From assembly GCA_000934665.2 (NCBI GenBank), contig KZ538518.1, forward strand, positions 1 to 64,000: a stretch of 64,000 nt of DNA. Direction: 5' to 3'. Numbering within the stretch: position 1 is the stretch's first letter; every line of letters begins with the position of its first letter. Origin of the DNA: Catajapyx aquilonaris. Lineage: Eukaryota. Below the pieces are notes generated by a model, which saw only the letters and a program-made list of their open reading frames with translations, made no database searches and was not told the origin of the DNA. Shown piece by piece: positions 12,501 through 27,800 of the stretch. The position numbers were made by a program, and so were the translations under genes.

Positions 12501-15500
12501 TCAATAGGCCTGGTCACGAAATCTTCACCCCACCCCCACCCCCCACCAAGGCTATTTCCCATGGCAACCCCCACCTCTCCCTATACCATCCCTTTCACCC
12601 AACTCCAGAAGGAATTTTTGTTCTGGAGAGCCTGGAAGATGGGAGGACGGGCAGGTAGCAATAAAACGTCGTGCAGCCTGGCGAAATTGGTCCCGAGACG
12701 CAGCCGTCAAGGAAAAGCGAGGCTATGAGGACTAGAGGAATCTTCTGGCGTCGGATGAAATAGTTAAGACTGAGGGTGGTAAGGATGATGGGCGGGGGTT
12801 CTGGCAGGATGCTGTTGCAGTATACATGGCGTGTCGTTTTTAGTAGCGGATTTCTTTTGTATTCTAAAGTGTGAGTTGAGCCACATATCAGTAGATGGTT
12901 GTGCGAGGCGCAAACGGATGACCTCAATGTTGGGTCGTGCCCAGAAAGACAATGAGGAAAAGTAATGGGCCGACCCTTTTCTTGTGCTGGGTCAGTTCGA
13001 AGTGATGCAGGCGTCGATTAGGGTGCCGGACAAGTGCAACGTTTCAGGTGCCTTGGCTGATGTCCAGACATAGAAGGGTGTGTGTGGGAATATGGGTAAA
13101 GAGGGGAAGTGGCCCTGCCTTCAGGGTTGGGTCAGACTGGCCCGTTTTTAAAAATATTCCTATTTCGACGTAGAAAATTCACATATCTTACCAAGAGCGG
13201 AATTCTTGGAAAATAGGCGGATAGTGCTACCCACATATACTATACGGGGGGAAATGAGACGAAGTTGGACTGATTCCACGCCCGGATGAATGAGAGCAGA
13301 TCAACGATTGGGGTAGAAAACTATTTTAGTGGGCAGAAAAATGGTGGCAGCTATAGGCGTCACCCTCGTTGGGTAAAAGTGGACCAGCATCTTGGCAGTG
13401 CGTGGGTTGTGGACATTCATTCATTCATTCCGGGGTCTGAGTAAGCTTTGAGGGGGCGGACTGGACATGGGGGACTCCCTCGCTTCCGGATGACTCATAG
13501 GAAACGTTTCATTTTTATTCCCCCCAGCAGGTACATTTCGAAACCGTTGGTGCTGGTTTTTGCTATATTTTCTAGCATTATCAGGGTAATGTTTTACTAG
13601 CGCATCCCTCCAGCAGGGGGTGTTAGTTCTGGTTCAGCGACCCGTGCGGAACACTCTTGTTTTTCCATGGCTCCACTTGCTCCATTTCCCGAATCCCTCG
13701 AAAAGAGGCGTCAACTGTCGTTTCTGCCGAAAATAAGAACGTAATCGATTCCGTATAATGGCTGCCAGTTTTCATTTACGACCTCCCTATAGGAAATGTA
13801 ATTGGGAGAAAAAAAAGAGGGGGGAAGCCCCCTCTCTTTAATGTTCATGCAAATGCAGGCGAGTGGGTTGATGTGCGGAAGCCTGGAGTTTTATTTATGT
13901 GTGCGATTAGCATTCCAAGTCGTTTGCATGTACAATGCTGCAGACATATAAGAGAAAAAGGACAGGTGAAGCTGCATTGTTGCGGACGGTGGGTTGGGAC
14001 ACAGGTTATATGGGGGGAAACGTATTACACGTGGCGCATGCCACAATGCAAAGCCTTTTGTTGTTAGCGGTTATGAGAGTTTTTAAGTCTCTTTGGTCAT
14101 GTAAAAATTAATTTTCTGTTTCCTGCATGCTCGGCGCGGGGCATAGTTCCAAGAAAGTTTGAATTTCCGTTGTGAATTTAATATTGCAGCAGAACTAAAA
14201 TAAAAGAGAGAGAGAGAGGGGGGGGAGGGGTTCGCTTTTTTATTGCCTTTATCCGTCGTCTCATACGAAGCTGATGTAGCACTGTTTAGATACATTGTGA
14301 AACGTGGTGAGATTTTTTATTGTTAACCGGATGAAGACACGGCCCATTTATTTTTAATTCTACAGTTTTAAAATTTACAACCGAATTTTATAAGGTTCTA
14401 GTTAAAAATTGAATCGGGGTTGTGGCGTAAAAGAGCCTTCATCCATGGCTCGCGTAACATGCAGAAGCTTATGTAGACGTCATGTCAGTTACGGTGGAAT
14501 GAGCCACATGCCAGTGGGCTGTAGTACTCACGCAGGTAGACTCAAAAAGGAGGGGAGTAGAGTTTGTGACACCCCGTTACATAGGGGAAGGGGTGATGTT
14601 GGCCATACTTGGCCTGTACATGTCATTGCCGGTTCGGAATTGGCCGCAAGGAAGAGCCAGCGTCGTTCTGACTTTAAAGCTTAGAAGTACCATGTTAGTG
14701 GCTTTGAAATCGGACTAATGATCAAATTGCAATGGGATTTCCCTCCCACCCACCCCATTTCCTCCCGGCCGTTACCTCAGGGAATTTTTCCACTCAACTG
14801 TGAGCTCTTTTGTTTCCAACATTGCATGGGCAGTATGTGGGGCTCCGGCTTACCTACCTACCGCCCTTGTTTCCATCAGTCACAGTTTTCCCTCAGGGCC
14901 TGGGTCATGGGCCTCCAGGATGACAAAAAGCCTCTTTGGTCGATCGATGACCGTTGGGCTGCGTCTGAATCCGTGTCCCACGCAACAAAATATTGCGAGC
15001 CCCCACTCGCTGGCAGACCGGCCCATTGTGTTTTTTTGGCAAGTGCGATGACGCGGTAATTGTCGCAATTATGGCTGTCTACCACCGGGCGGGGGAGGGG
15101 AAACGCCTCGGTGAAACATCATTCGGCGAAACGAGCACGAGCCCGATTCAAATGCAGCCGATGATTCAGACAAGACGACGTAGACTGTAGGGAGATCAAT
15201 ATGAGGTTCCGGTCGATAGGCATTCGTCACGCAATTTTGGAAGCCCCCATCGCATATTTGGGTGTACATCTTCATTTGGGTCCAAGCTGGACATCATGTT
15301 TTGGGTTATATGTCCGACCATTTGATGGAAGGTGACATTGCAAGTAGGAACAGGCCTGAAGAAAACATTGTGGGTGACCTCCGAGAGAGGAAGGAGAAAT
15401 CAGCCTTTATCTTACCCGAACAAAAAAAAAACACACAAAAAAAACAAGGGGGGGATGTGGTATAGGGGCGTTTTTAAAGGAAAAGACAATGCACGGGCAA

Positions 15501-15599
15501 CGCCCATCCACAGCCAGGGCAGATAATGCACCAAAAGTGTATACCGAAATGGACAATTAAAAATCTGGGCAAATAAAAGCGGCAGTGCGCCGGTCGACA

Positions 15600-15878
15600 T
15601 GGTCCCCCCCTCCTCTTCGCTGCTCCTAGGGTTGGGTCTCTGGAAGTAGCGGACCAATAGCGGACCTGGAAGCCCGGCGAGGGGTAGCAGGCCGGGAGGA
15701 ACGCTCGCTAGAATATCCGACGTAGGGCTTGGTGCCGGAGGTCTCTTCTTTCGGTGGACAGGGTGAAGTGACAAGTGCCGGTGTTGGGTGCCGTACCTTT
15801 TTTTTAAAAAAGTGAGTGTGTTCCCACCGGACTGCTGTCGTTCGTGGGAAGAGGCGGATTTGCATAGAAACGCCTAAG
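15600..15878 (+). promoter_or_regulatory. Possible alternative promoter and non-coding first exon within intron 1
   Basis: GGAAGT at 15642, CCAAT at 15654, a CpG-rich stretch, then donor AAG|gtaaat at 15879. Confidence 0.35.
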
Positions 15879-18800
15879 GTAAATGCCCATGTATTTTTTT
15901 TTGTTTTTTTGTTTTTTTTTGCACCTGCTGGCAGACTGGATTAATAAGCCGGGGAAAGAAGTCTAGCCCTTTGTTCGGTCAACATGTCCTTGACGGCCTT
16001 GTCCAGAGCGGGCGGTTTTTTTTTCATTTTCTTTTTGTAAACCGATCATGATTTCTTTTTGTGGCTTTTTCTTGTTATAAGCGCACTTCCCATGGGGTTT
16101 CATCCGGCTCGTAAACAACGGATTTCAATTATGCCACATGGGCAATTAGAGAGTGACCTCATTGTTCGTGAGTGTGACTGCACAATACTTGCCTATCGAA
16201 GGAGGCTAACTCTTTGCGAAATGGCTAGTCATGATTTTTTCCAGGTATCGCGCACGGGAATTAGTAACCACTCATGCGGTTCGTCTTACGCACGCTCTAC
16301 ATTTTTTTTTTCTCTCTTCTTCTCCAACGTGTACTGACGCTTGATTTTTGTCATTGTTACGGTTTGATCCTTGGGTTGGGAGGGAAATGTTGGGTGAAAA
16401 TGTTCTTCCTCTTGTTCTGTAGCCTGGGGCTCGGATGCGAGGCAAAGCAGGTTGAATCTCCGGCCACGACCGGTTGTGATATCCCCGGGCGCTTTTTTTG
16501 AGAAAGGGGCTAGGGATCTTGGGTGCAAGGGATACCTTTTGTGTAGAAAAATAGCATAAGGAGGTGGGGGAGCTGGTGAAGGGGGCAGGTGAGTCAAAGG
16601 GCTGGTATGTGTGCACCCCAGCATCGGCGACCGTGTCGACCTTCATCCAAAGTCGGGGTGATTCATGTCACCAAAGATGCTGCAATATTGTCTGGACGGC
16701 AGGTGCAGCGAAGGTCACTCTCGGCTCTGATTTCAATATCTGCTTAGGAGAGCACGTGATGGCAGCCTAGCCTCGCAAGCTGTCCCGAGGAGGAACCCCC
16801 CGGGGCCGCCCCTGGTTAGCTCCAAATGGAATGGCGCGTGGGTTTTTGATACAGTTAGGAGAATTCACATTGTCTTTTGCAGCTGCGATGCCGACGAACA
16901 ATAGGGACGTGGGCTCCTGGCAACCGGATAACCATTGTCCTCCGGAGGCTTTTTTGTCAGCCCCGATGGCATTCCAGGAAGATGGTGCTTGTCCGTTTGC
17001 CAGGAAGTGTCGCAATCGCGGCATTGGGAGGCGTGCGCGACATCCCTCAAAAATGGATGCGCAACCGAGTCGCTGACCCTCCCGTCATCCTTGACTTTTG
17101 ATCTTGACACAGTCGGTATCAGGTGTTTATGCCGAGTGTATCCGGACCCATCAAACCCATCACATTCCATAAAGTACAGTATGGCCAAACCCAAAATCGA
17201 CTCTGGAAATAGCCCCCTCTCACCACCCCAGCTGCTATCCGGTAGTGAACTCACGATTCTACCACCCCCGCATGTCGATATCACCAAACCATCCCTCTTC
17301 CCCGCTTCCCCCTCTCTACCCCCCCTGAAATCCACTCATAGGGGGAGGGGGTGGGGAGGCGGGGGGAAGCCAGCTCTGGTTGCCGGTGTTGCCACGTTTT
17401 GTAGTGACTGGGTAGTGCACGAACAAAGCGATTTGTCGCCCGTTTTGAAGTGTGTGGTGACCGTAAATGGAGGCCGCGGGCCAACTAATAATGCTCGTAT
17501 GCCGTGAAATGAATAGTTATGATCAGTTGTGAGGAAGAAAGAGGGGGTTTGCGGTTTTAGGGGGATGAATCGGGCACATGGGGGTATTAGTCATGGGGAA
17601 TTTTCACTCGATGAAAAATTGATTAGGAACCCGGCCCGAAGTGGATCTTCCCGCCGGAAGATGTAAACAGATAAGGATCTATAGAGATGGAATGTGTGTG
17701 ATTGGGATAGACAATGTTTGTCCTGGCCCGGTTCCCAGAGCTTAATCAAGACCAATCAGGACATAATCGGATGGTGCAGTCGGTGCTATCACAATCAAAA
17801 GCCTCCAGAGCTTTCAATTAGCCTTTTGTAGAAGTCAGTGGTACAAATTCCTGGCCGGGAACGGTTGGAAAAGTATGGCGATGGGGGAAAAATGTGAAGC
17901 CTTGCTAACGACCCTTGCGCCATGTGTCTCACTCAGATTGTCATCTGGGAGGCAGAGGTTCCAACATGTGGGGGGAAAAAAAGACGGGCATAAAATTTAT
18001 CCCAGGAGGTACAGTGATTGGAATTCAATTGATCAGAATCCCCAGCATCAATGGAAAACAATTACCAGTACACAGTTTATTCCCCCCGGTGCAACTGTTT
18101 GGCAACTCTGGTAGGGCAGCTATTGCATGCATCTGGCGTCTGGGTCGCTATTGATGGGAAGGGTGGGGAAAAAAACTAGAGGGGGGTTGTACTTGTGGAT
18201 GGGCATAATCCCACAGGAGACCTCCATTTTGGGAGGGTTTATCCTCGCTTAAGATGGACCTTATTTCCCCAAATGGGGGTTTGGATGTGATGATCCCCTC
18301 CCCAAGTGACAGCCAATACGACGTAAAAATGGGCTGTAGGGTATATGTAATCCTGCAGGTTATGCTGCCCGCTGAACGGCGTCGTACGGGTGTACCGGGG
18401 GTTCAGGATAAACCTGTCGGGTGGGGCCTGGAAATACATGCTGGTAGATGCATGTTACATATACGCCGTAATTATATTACAGTAGCAGTAAACATGTTAC
18501 TGAACACAATTTAATTTTCAGTACAAACAGGCTAATCATTTCCCGTCCAAAAGTAGCTTGATGACGATGCGGTCAAATATTTTATCAGGCTATCGCTTGT
18601 CACTTGAACTATAATTTGATATTTGTATGTTGATTGAATTAGAGAAGGTCGACAGGACATTCTCACTGTTGACAAAGTCACTAATGCTTTTAATGGCAAG
18701 CGAGAGTATACGCCCTCCCGTTGTGGTGGCTGGCATAGAGATACGTATCTTCAATGTGTCCTCAGGACACTGACGCATGCTTAGCAATGACCCTGATGAT

Positions 18801-21800
18801 ATTTGCGTTCGCGGTCAAAAGTCAACGCGATACGTGGAACCGCATTACTAAATTGGGATGCGGAGATAAGTGACGGTGGTTAAGGTTTGAACTGTCCCAG
18901 CTGAACAAAGCCCGTCACATTTTAAAATTACGCCAGACTTTTCCCCCTTGAGAAAACCAATATAGGTCTTATTTATGGGCCAATTAGGGCTTTGCAAGTG
19001 TTCGTGCTCATATCTGGCAGATCAGATGCGAGGCAGAAGTATGCATAAATAGCTGGGAAGTCTAGGCATAAAAGGCCCATTTGGCAAAAAAAAAAAAGTA
19101 CGCGACCTGGGATGTTATCGCACATGTCTGCTGTCAGACTATGGCACGCCAGGAATTTGGGGCGTAAGTGACACGATGGAGTAAGCACGAGAATTTCTGG
19201 AGGAAAATTCCTTCCGTAATATTCTTCGGTGTTTTGTGCAAGTTGAAGGCGCGGGGGACTATAAATAAGCAGGCCCTGCAGGCCTTGGCCAGGGTAAAGT
19301 GAGGTTGTTTGCTAGTAAGTCGAGAGGATTGGTCGTACCTCATCGGCATAATGTCGCCACGGCAATTGGATTCCCCCTCCCTGCCACCCAGGACCTTGAG
19401 AAGAGAAATTTGAGGACGCTATTTCAAACAACATTCTTGCCTTGATTACGGAAGCTACTGTCGGGGTGTATATGCAAATGGAAGGAATTCTGGGCGTGGG
19501 CAACACTCCCAGCTTTTTCTCAAGAGTGTATTTTGGCATCGGATGTGAATGGGGCACTCGGTTTCTAGGGTGGAGCAATTTTTGCGCGTTTTTTTTTTCT
19601 TTTTTTTCCTGTCGTTCGACCACTTGAAGCAACCACTTTGCATATTTGCGCACATAGGGATGACAAGCCCATACCGACGAATCGATCCATTCGCCCTCCC
19701 TCGGGTTTTGATTCCGTACCACAATAGAGCCTCTCACGCCCTCCCGCATCGAGCCTTTGCATATTACCGCTTATTGTGCTGCACACACCCCAATTCATGC
19801 AAGGTGAAGAATCTAGGGTCGGTTTCATAGGCTTGATTTTCCGGAAGTCGTCTTATCCGTTTCTCCCTCGCACAGTTTGAGCTCCCTAGATGTCAACGGA
19901 AAGAGTCGCCCCGCGGTGAAGGAGGCGTGCTACACTCTGATGAAGTAATTTTCTGGGCTTGAAATGGATGGATGGGATTTTGTGTCGAGCCAAGAAAATG
20001 GTAATTCCCAATGCGACCGACGCTGTTTCAGGCTCGGAATTGAGTTGAATGGGGGCTGCGGCAGTTGGGTCCCTCTGTCCCTCGGTGGGTGGGTGTTGCG
20101 GTGGAATAATAACAGAAAAAAAGGGTACCGAACTTCATGCAGGACGTGTTCATAAGAGGATTTGCAACATATAGTAATACGGGGCTTGTATCGCGTTTTC
20201 ACAGGCTGAAAAAGGCTTGCAGTAATCCAAACCCGATATAATTGGAATTCCCACGCAGAAGCTGGGTGATAATATTCATTTAAGGGCTATATTGGCAATC
20301 CCGGCCTGTGCCATTCAGAAGGTAGCATGGGAATTCCCACCATATTTTTTTTGTAATAAAATAAAATGGGAAGGTGACATTTTAAGTAGTTGCGACGTGA
20401 AGTGGGTTGAACTCGTTTTTAGCAACAACAAAAAATTACTGCCGGTATTTGAGTTCATTTTTGAGGAGTGTTACAGATTTTCATGGGCTCTAATATCACG
20501 CCTATAGTTTTGTAAAACTGGAGGAAAGCGAAAAATGGAAGCTGTGAATTGCTTCCTGGCGTCTTGGCGTGAAAATTGGCCTGCCGGCTTTTGCGGGCAT
20601 TTTTTTTTTGCAGTGTTTTCGCGTGCTGCTGTGTTAACTTAAAAATACACCCCCACCTTCCCTCCTTTTCCTGCCAAGAACGCAGCGAGTGCAAAATTCC
20701 CATCGGCGATGCGGCGCATTTCGAGCGTGCCAACCTTCGCATTCTAAAAATTACAATCACGCGTTTTTTTATTTTATTTTTTATTTTGAAGGACGTCAAT
20801 GTACCCGGGGGGGTGTAAAAATTGAATCCTCCATAAGGTCAAGTAGCGGTACATTTTGGGAACCTAACTGTGTGCCCAAGTGGGATTCCTTGTAACGATA
20901 GCGCCCCACCGATAGCCCGGAAACTCATCATCATTACCGGGGCTGGACCCTCGTCTCTTCTCCCTCCGTGTTGACACAAGCTCCAGACTTGCAAACAGAA
21001 ACGGGGATTCTGGGTAGAACGGACCCAAACTATACATGTGGGTCGTGATAATCAATGTGTGGATATGTGTGGGCCCAACGTTTCTAGTCGAGACATATGG
21101 CGCGGGCGAGGATGATTTGTGCGGGCGAGGAGCGATGGGGTGGGGGACAATGAGGCGCGTCCCACGTCCAGCCCGATTTTTTGTGTGAGGAAGATTGGTT
21201 GTGGAATCTTGGGATGATGAGTAAGTCGCATGACTGTGGGTACAGTTGGTTGTGGAATGTAGATGCAGATAAAATGATATGAGGGGGCGGGGTCGGTACA
21301 TAGAAAGTACAGGGTGGTGCGACGGTTCCTGCGATAACACTGCTCCACTTAATCTTGAATATTTTTGGTTCATTTGGTGCTCACTGATCAGTTGGGTGAC
21401 CTATGGAACTAGGGTCGAAAGTCCAATGCAGAATTTTTAAAAAAATCACTCGTATGCTTCACACTAATCGGGCCATCCCAGCAGGAAGTAGTAAAAGTTT
21501 CTGTGAAGATGTGAAGAGGTTACAAATATTCGTTACGACAGACAACACATTGGACTCTTGTTGAGTCAGTTATGTTTCTTGCAATATTTGAGTAGCATGC
21601 TGTTGGCTCACATGGGAGCTGACTCATTTCATAACCTAACTGCACCCCACATCTCGTAGGATGGCGTTCACAAAGAATTGTGGAGTGTGAGTGATTTACA
21701 AAAGTTTTTGAGAGCTGCAAATGCGAAAATGTCATGCGATCACTGTTCAGGACATTATGTCTTGGGGTTTCCAATAAAACGGAGCCATAAAACGTCAGCG

Positions 21801-24764
21801 TCTTTAGATAAACAATATGATATACTCTTAACTGCCGCTGGTAACGACACATCGGGCCATGAAATCCTCCCGAAGGGTTTCGGTACTTCTTGGGCGGACC
21901 TTAAGATGGGCAATTTTTTTCTGGGAAATACTAGATTGAATTTTGCTCACTATTAACCCCTGCCTCCTAGAGTGCGGTTGATCCCCATCTGGCATTACGT
22001 AGAGCAGCTGTTTGTGCCCTATGGCGTCAAATCCTCTGTTAGTGGCAGTTTTTTACCATCTCCCCCACCGATCTCAAGTGTCAGGTTGTTGACGTGCGTT
22101 AATTGAGCACAGCTGGGTCTTCCCGGAATCGGCAGGCCAACAATACGAAGGGGTGTTGTTGCGGGGAAGTCAGGTATTGCACTTTTTTTGTGTGTGCACC
22201 GTTACAGCGGCTTTGAGTGCGTGAGGGACTAATGGGATTCGTAGTGTCGTGTCCTGCCGTGCGCAAATCGTGTTAAAAGCCGGGCTTTAAATTGTAAATC
22301 TGTGTAAGCGCATAGGCGTTTGGGCATAACCAGCGCAATTTATGTGGAAAGGAAAACATTTTGACAGCTGCACCTAATCTGCATCCAAATCAAGCGGACA
22401 TGTTATTCGGGAGAGGTTATGGTCCAGATGCGTGTTTTTTTTTTTTTTCTAAAATAAAAATAAAAGCGGGTGAAGAGTTGTGGGAATGTTGCGCAGTATC
22501 AGCCCTAGTGCGCAGTATGGTAATGCACACTTGACTATCAGAAACCGCAATCAAACGCGCGATTTCAACAACCCTTCTGAAGTTGAAAGACACCAAGGAC
22601 ACCAGAAGTGGTGACTTTCGAGCCGTGATATACTTATACTGTATCATTTTTAGACTGAAATAGTGGTTAGTGGCCACATTTTTTTGCTCACGATTGTACA
22701 TTTTACATGTTTATTAACAGGTACGATTTCTATGTTTATACCAGCACTTGAGTCACTAGCATGCAACAAAAAATTGTGTGAGTGACCTACAAAGTACGCA
22801 GCAAGCAAACTGCGTAAATAGAGATAAACATCTTGTGGATGTTGGAATAACACGGAAATACGGATAATCGAGGCTGAAACACGCGGAACGAAAATGTCTT
22901 TTTCTGCGAATGTGCATAATGCAGTTTCATTGTCGTCAAATAAAGGACAGAAAGCGGAACCAACTGCTTGAATGTAACCGAACTTGAAGCAACAGGAATA
23001 ATCTTGATGGAGACGACACGGCTTCTGATTCCATTCCTCAAGTGGCTTTATTAGAGTTGCTTCTAGCAGCTTGACTCGCTTTTTCCGCTTCAAGCCTCAA
23101 TTTCCCTTGACGAACCCAGGAAAATCCTGAATAAGAGGATGCCCGAGAGCTTCAACTTCGCATTGAGACCCCCCTCCCATCCATCCTTTTCAATAATGTT
23201 AAATTGGAGCCCTCGTAAGTTGAGTTGCACTAATGAGCTATTTTTTATAGAAGAGAGCTACTAGGGGGGTATATTGTAGCCGATGAATCGGTCCATTTAA
23301 GCTGTGGCAAAAATCCGCAGATTTGGTACCGACATAGTTTGAAAAATTCGCAGCCTGAGTTGGTACAACATAGACGAATGTGAGGGCTGAAGTGCACTTG
23401 TCGTAGAATGTGGAGTCGTAAGACCGCAAAAGGTACGGTGGAGTGGGTTTCAATTTCCAGGCTCCGTCGGCTTGATCGTGACTGGGATTGAGATCAGCGT
23501 GAAGGGATTCTCCTTTTAGCTGGGGGATCGAGTGACCCTCCGAGTCTTCTCCCATCTCGTCTCTCCTCGTTCCAGCTTGTCTTCTCGGCAGATACCAACT
23601 TTGACGTGTGTCAAGCGACTTGGAACTCTGGGTTTTGTTGTTGTTCCCGGTTTTTTCTGATGGGTGGGGGTGGGGCTCTTGGAGGGGAATCCCGTCCAGC
23701 AGTTTCCAGTTCGGATCCATCTGAAAGGGTGGTATTGATTGGGTTCAACAGGAAATCCTCTGAGGAGCTGAGCTCAAGGAATTGACTATGGCAAAGGCGG
23801 GTGTTAGTGTAAAGGATTTCCGTAGGACAACATCGTTTCCTCCAAGGATTGGAAAGTAGCTTGGGAAGTTCTGATAGACACGGGTCGGTCAAAATCCGCG
23901 GAACGCTGGGATTGCAATTGTGCAGCCATGCATGTAGAGTAGCATTTGAGGTGGCAACAGCGTCGCCCCATGGCTAGTCATAGACATTGTAGATGTGGTT
24001 GGAGTTTCTTTCCTCTGGGGTGGGGAATACCAGCTCTCAGAGCGAGAGTTCTTAAGCGCGTTTGCATGTCAGAGTCAAGAGGTCTTTTACTGGTTGTCAC
24101 CAGAATAGAATGTTGATGTAATCGTATGATTGCAATCTGATGCTTGTGGTAGCGCTTGTTATAGAGCTATAGAGTACGAGGAACTATGTGTGTGAAAGGG
24201 CATCATCATCAGGAAGAGGGAAGTTCTCTAAGTGGGGGAACCCCTCAATTACTCAGTCGGAATATCCGGTTTGGTGAAACTCATTGTTTGCTGAAGATTT
24301 GCAAATGCCATTATGCTTCTGAGCTTTATGTCAAAAGTCGTTTGCTGGATGACCACAATGTTTGATCAGTTGTTCCTCGGTCAGGGGAATGCCGCATCCG
24401 TTTCCTCACAGTTCTTCGACCCCCTACCACCTTTCCCTCCCTCTTATACACACACGCACGCGAGGTTTCAGAGGAAACTGTCGTTTCCTCGGAACTCCTT
24501 AGTTCCATGGCGTGTACATTTGTATACAAAATTACCATTTGCAACGATTGCATTAATTATATGTAATGCCGGCTTTGTCCCTTTCATTGCAATAATCTCG
24601 TTAATTAACAAAATGGAATATTTTCGCTTTGAAGTTAACTGATTGTGGAACATGCATTATGGGTGTAAAATAGGCTTAATTTAGGATGCGAACAAATGTA
24701 GCATACACACATTGATCCTGACTGCTGGAGAATCTTGTGAGAGGTATTGGTCTCAAGCGAAAAG

Positions 24765-24767
<3 letters not shown>

Positions 24768-24801
<34 letters not shown>
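24768..24801. repeat. (CT)n microsatellite
   Basis: About 17 TC units. Confidence 0.95.
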
Positions 24802-24803
<2 letters not shown>

Positions 24804-27800
24804 GTTCTTACGAGTCTGACATGCCTGTAACTTTGCATGTTCCTCTTGCTGAATACATCAGAACATTCCAGAATTCCTCTTGGCAGGAGGCCCATGAGAC
24901 ACTGCTTTTATTGCAACGATGATAGAAGCTGTAGGAATAATTGAGTCACCAGACGGATGGTGTCACGAGAGTGCAGATATATTCTTAACGTTCAGTGACT
25001 TTCCTGGCAGGATGTGGTTGATTCAATTTGCCACTGCTTATGCCTGCTAATACTTTTCATTATGTTTTTTCTCTCTCTCGTCGGGTGACGCCAGTAACCG
25101 CATTCAGAAATAGCTACTTTACTGGATGATTCAATTTACGCAGTTGATTCGCTACAATGTGCAAGAGTCAGCGGCACAATTTGCCCTGTGCTGGGAAGTG
25201 GCATTTGAGTACCCATAAGAATGCTCATGAACAACAACAAAAAAGAGAGAGAGCGGACCATCTCATGCGAGATAACTAGGCGGGATTTGCAGCTCGGTTC
25301 TAAGCATCCTTTTTCATCCCCGAGCACACACAGTAAGCACCAGCCAGGCCTCATTTGTCAGCCATTTTGCTGATGTTCCCGGTGAGACACGGGGGAACCA
25401 CCGTTAACCCAGCCCAGCCAGCCAGCATAACACTAACATGCAAAAATGAAAAGCGAGGCAGTCCCATGGGCTCGTTCCGCCACTGCACAAAAGCAACGAG
25501 AGAGGCTCATTCGGCCAAAACACTGTTATGAGTTGGGGAATCCGGCCGGAAGAGATCAGACGCCTGGTAATTCCCTATTTCATTACTAGGAACTAGGGAG
25601 TTTATCGAGTCCTGCTGGACACCACCAGGAGAATAGTTTTCAACCAGGAGGAATGGCTTGGATGGTGCGTGAGGACAACATGGCCTGGTCTTTGCCCACC
25701 CCTCGTGCTTACAGGTATTAGGTGGGGAATTAGAGGCGGCGGTTGCCAGGCGACAACCGAGGACAGCCTGGGAAATACAGCAATGCATTTTGGGGGTTTC
25801 ATTGCCACCCTAGAAAAAAATCCGGGGAGATGACCAGGGAGTTGCAACTTAGCCAAATGTGCCAGCTCGGTATTGACCATCAGGGAAGCATTTCTTGGCC
25901 GACTAGTGAGACCAATGGGAACTGCCGGTTAAGCACGAGCTGCAGGATCAACCGTTATGCGCATTAATAAATTGCGAGGATGAAAGTGGTTGGGCAGCAG
26001 ACAAAACTGACTCGGAGCAATCTTGAAATTGAGAGCATGCACGTGAGTTCGTAATAACGTGCAACACAGTCGTGCACCAGGGCACTAGGCAGGCCCAACC
26101 CGTTTGGTTGCCTGTGGGAAGGAGCCGGTACCCCCAAACCTGAATCCTCTCTTGTGCTCCAACTGACAGATTAAATAGGAAAAATTGGAAATGCATTTAT
26201 AGGACATGGAGTGCGTGTGGTCAGTCGTGATCCATCAGCACGCATTTGCAACGATTTGGTTTCAGAGTGGCCCACAGGGAGTTACATCAATATTTGGTGC
26301 TGTGGGCATTTCGAGCACACTTGAACTACAAAAAGATAGGTCGTTCAACTGAGTAGTTCCAGGGCTGTATGGGATGGCAGTATGAAGCAAGAATGCTGGC
26401 CCTTCTCTTTCCCCCTACCCGAATCGATCGCCGGGTGTCAGGGGGATGGGGCTAGGGGCTGGCTTTTGGCCCTCCCTACAGCTCCCCACCCCACAACTCG
26501 CATCCAGTTTCCTCCATATGCGGCTGGAAAGGCCAGACACCTCTCAACCACATTTCGGTAAGGATGGGGGGATCGGTTTCCGGACCCAGAGAGAGCCACT
26601 CCCTCAACTACCATATTGTCCTGGTGATTAATTACGGCCCGGGCAAATCAGCCACCTGATGGTAGCCATGCCCCCGGGGCGACCTCCACATTAAAACAAA
26701 GTCAATTAATAACCAGTTCGACGACCCAGAAATTGGCAGAAATATCGGCGGGATTACTCTGGAGCGTGTAGTCGGCTCAAAGGATTGGGACGGAACTCTT
26801 GGTCTACAAGAGTACCGAAAACATGGAATCGATAAGGGAGGCTTTGTGCAGTAATTAGTAGGGTAGGGCGGCTGTGGAGCACTTGCTTCCAAGAATGGAT
26901 ACAAAATGCCAACTGTGCATTTTTTGGGGGATGGAGGGAAGGGGAGTTTCTAGTCTGGGGCCGACAGTTGGGGGGTATTATAAGGAGGGGCAGCTTGCTG
27001 AGGAAAAATAAATAACGAGCCTGTTCTTCCAGGAATATATCTGAGTGAATCTAGAGGCTGTTACCATGTGTGACGGAAGTGTGGGCCGGAACCATGGAAA
27101 CAATCGGAGGATGCAGCTTTTTTTGAAAAATATGAGTGGAGTATATATTTGGCCGGGATCCCAGCAGGAAAACAGCTTGGAAGGGTCGGAATCTAGCACT
27201 TAAAGGCAATGGAATGTGGAAGCCCGGTGGCGAGTTACGTGCGCACGTACGAAATAACAAACAGGCTAAAAATTGCTTTTCTGTTAGCAAAATGCAGATG
27301 GCCACTGATGCGCATCGAGTAAGTTTAGCTACCCAGGGGGCGCTGTCAACACTTTTTCCAGCAAGAGGGAAGTGGAGGATCCTTCTTCCCCTCCAAGCCA
27401 CCAAAGCTAGCACATGCACAGTGTCAAAGGAAATGAATGAGGCTTGTGCATCGGAAGGGAGAAGAAAGTTTTTCAGGGAGTTTTGAAGGGGTGTGTGCGC
27501 GGAGATAACCCTTGTGGTTCGCCAGTCCTTCCAAGGAGGATGGACGACCCTGCTGAAAATGGGGATGCACAAATATTATCTGGGACCTCCCGGAAAGCTG
27601 TTGGCATACGAACTCGCGAAATAAAACGGGGAAGCTGTTATTTTTTTGTTGAGCATAGCAGAGTTTCAATTTGGAAGTGGCCTGCGTCAAACATTGCGGC
27701 TTTTCGTGGATGGCAGATTGTCATTTCGGACTGGACAGTGACAGGTGGGTTGTGCCCGGAACGTCATAAATGAAAAGTCATTACGGCTAATGGGCCTGGG

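Noticed and set aside
16865..17507. 156-190 aa overlapping ORFs in intron 1
   Set aside because: No domain-like composition, no supporting splice pattern and no transposase or reverse-transcriptase motifs.
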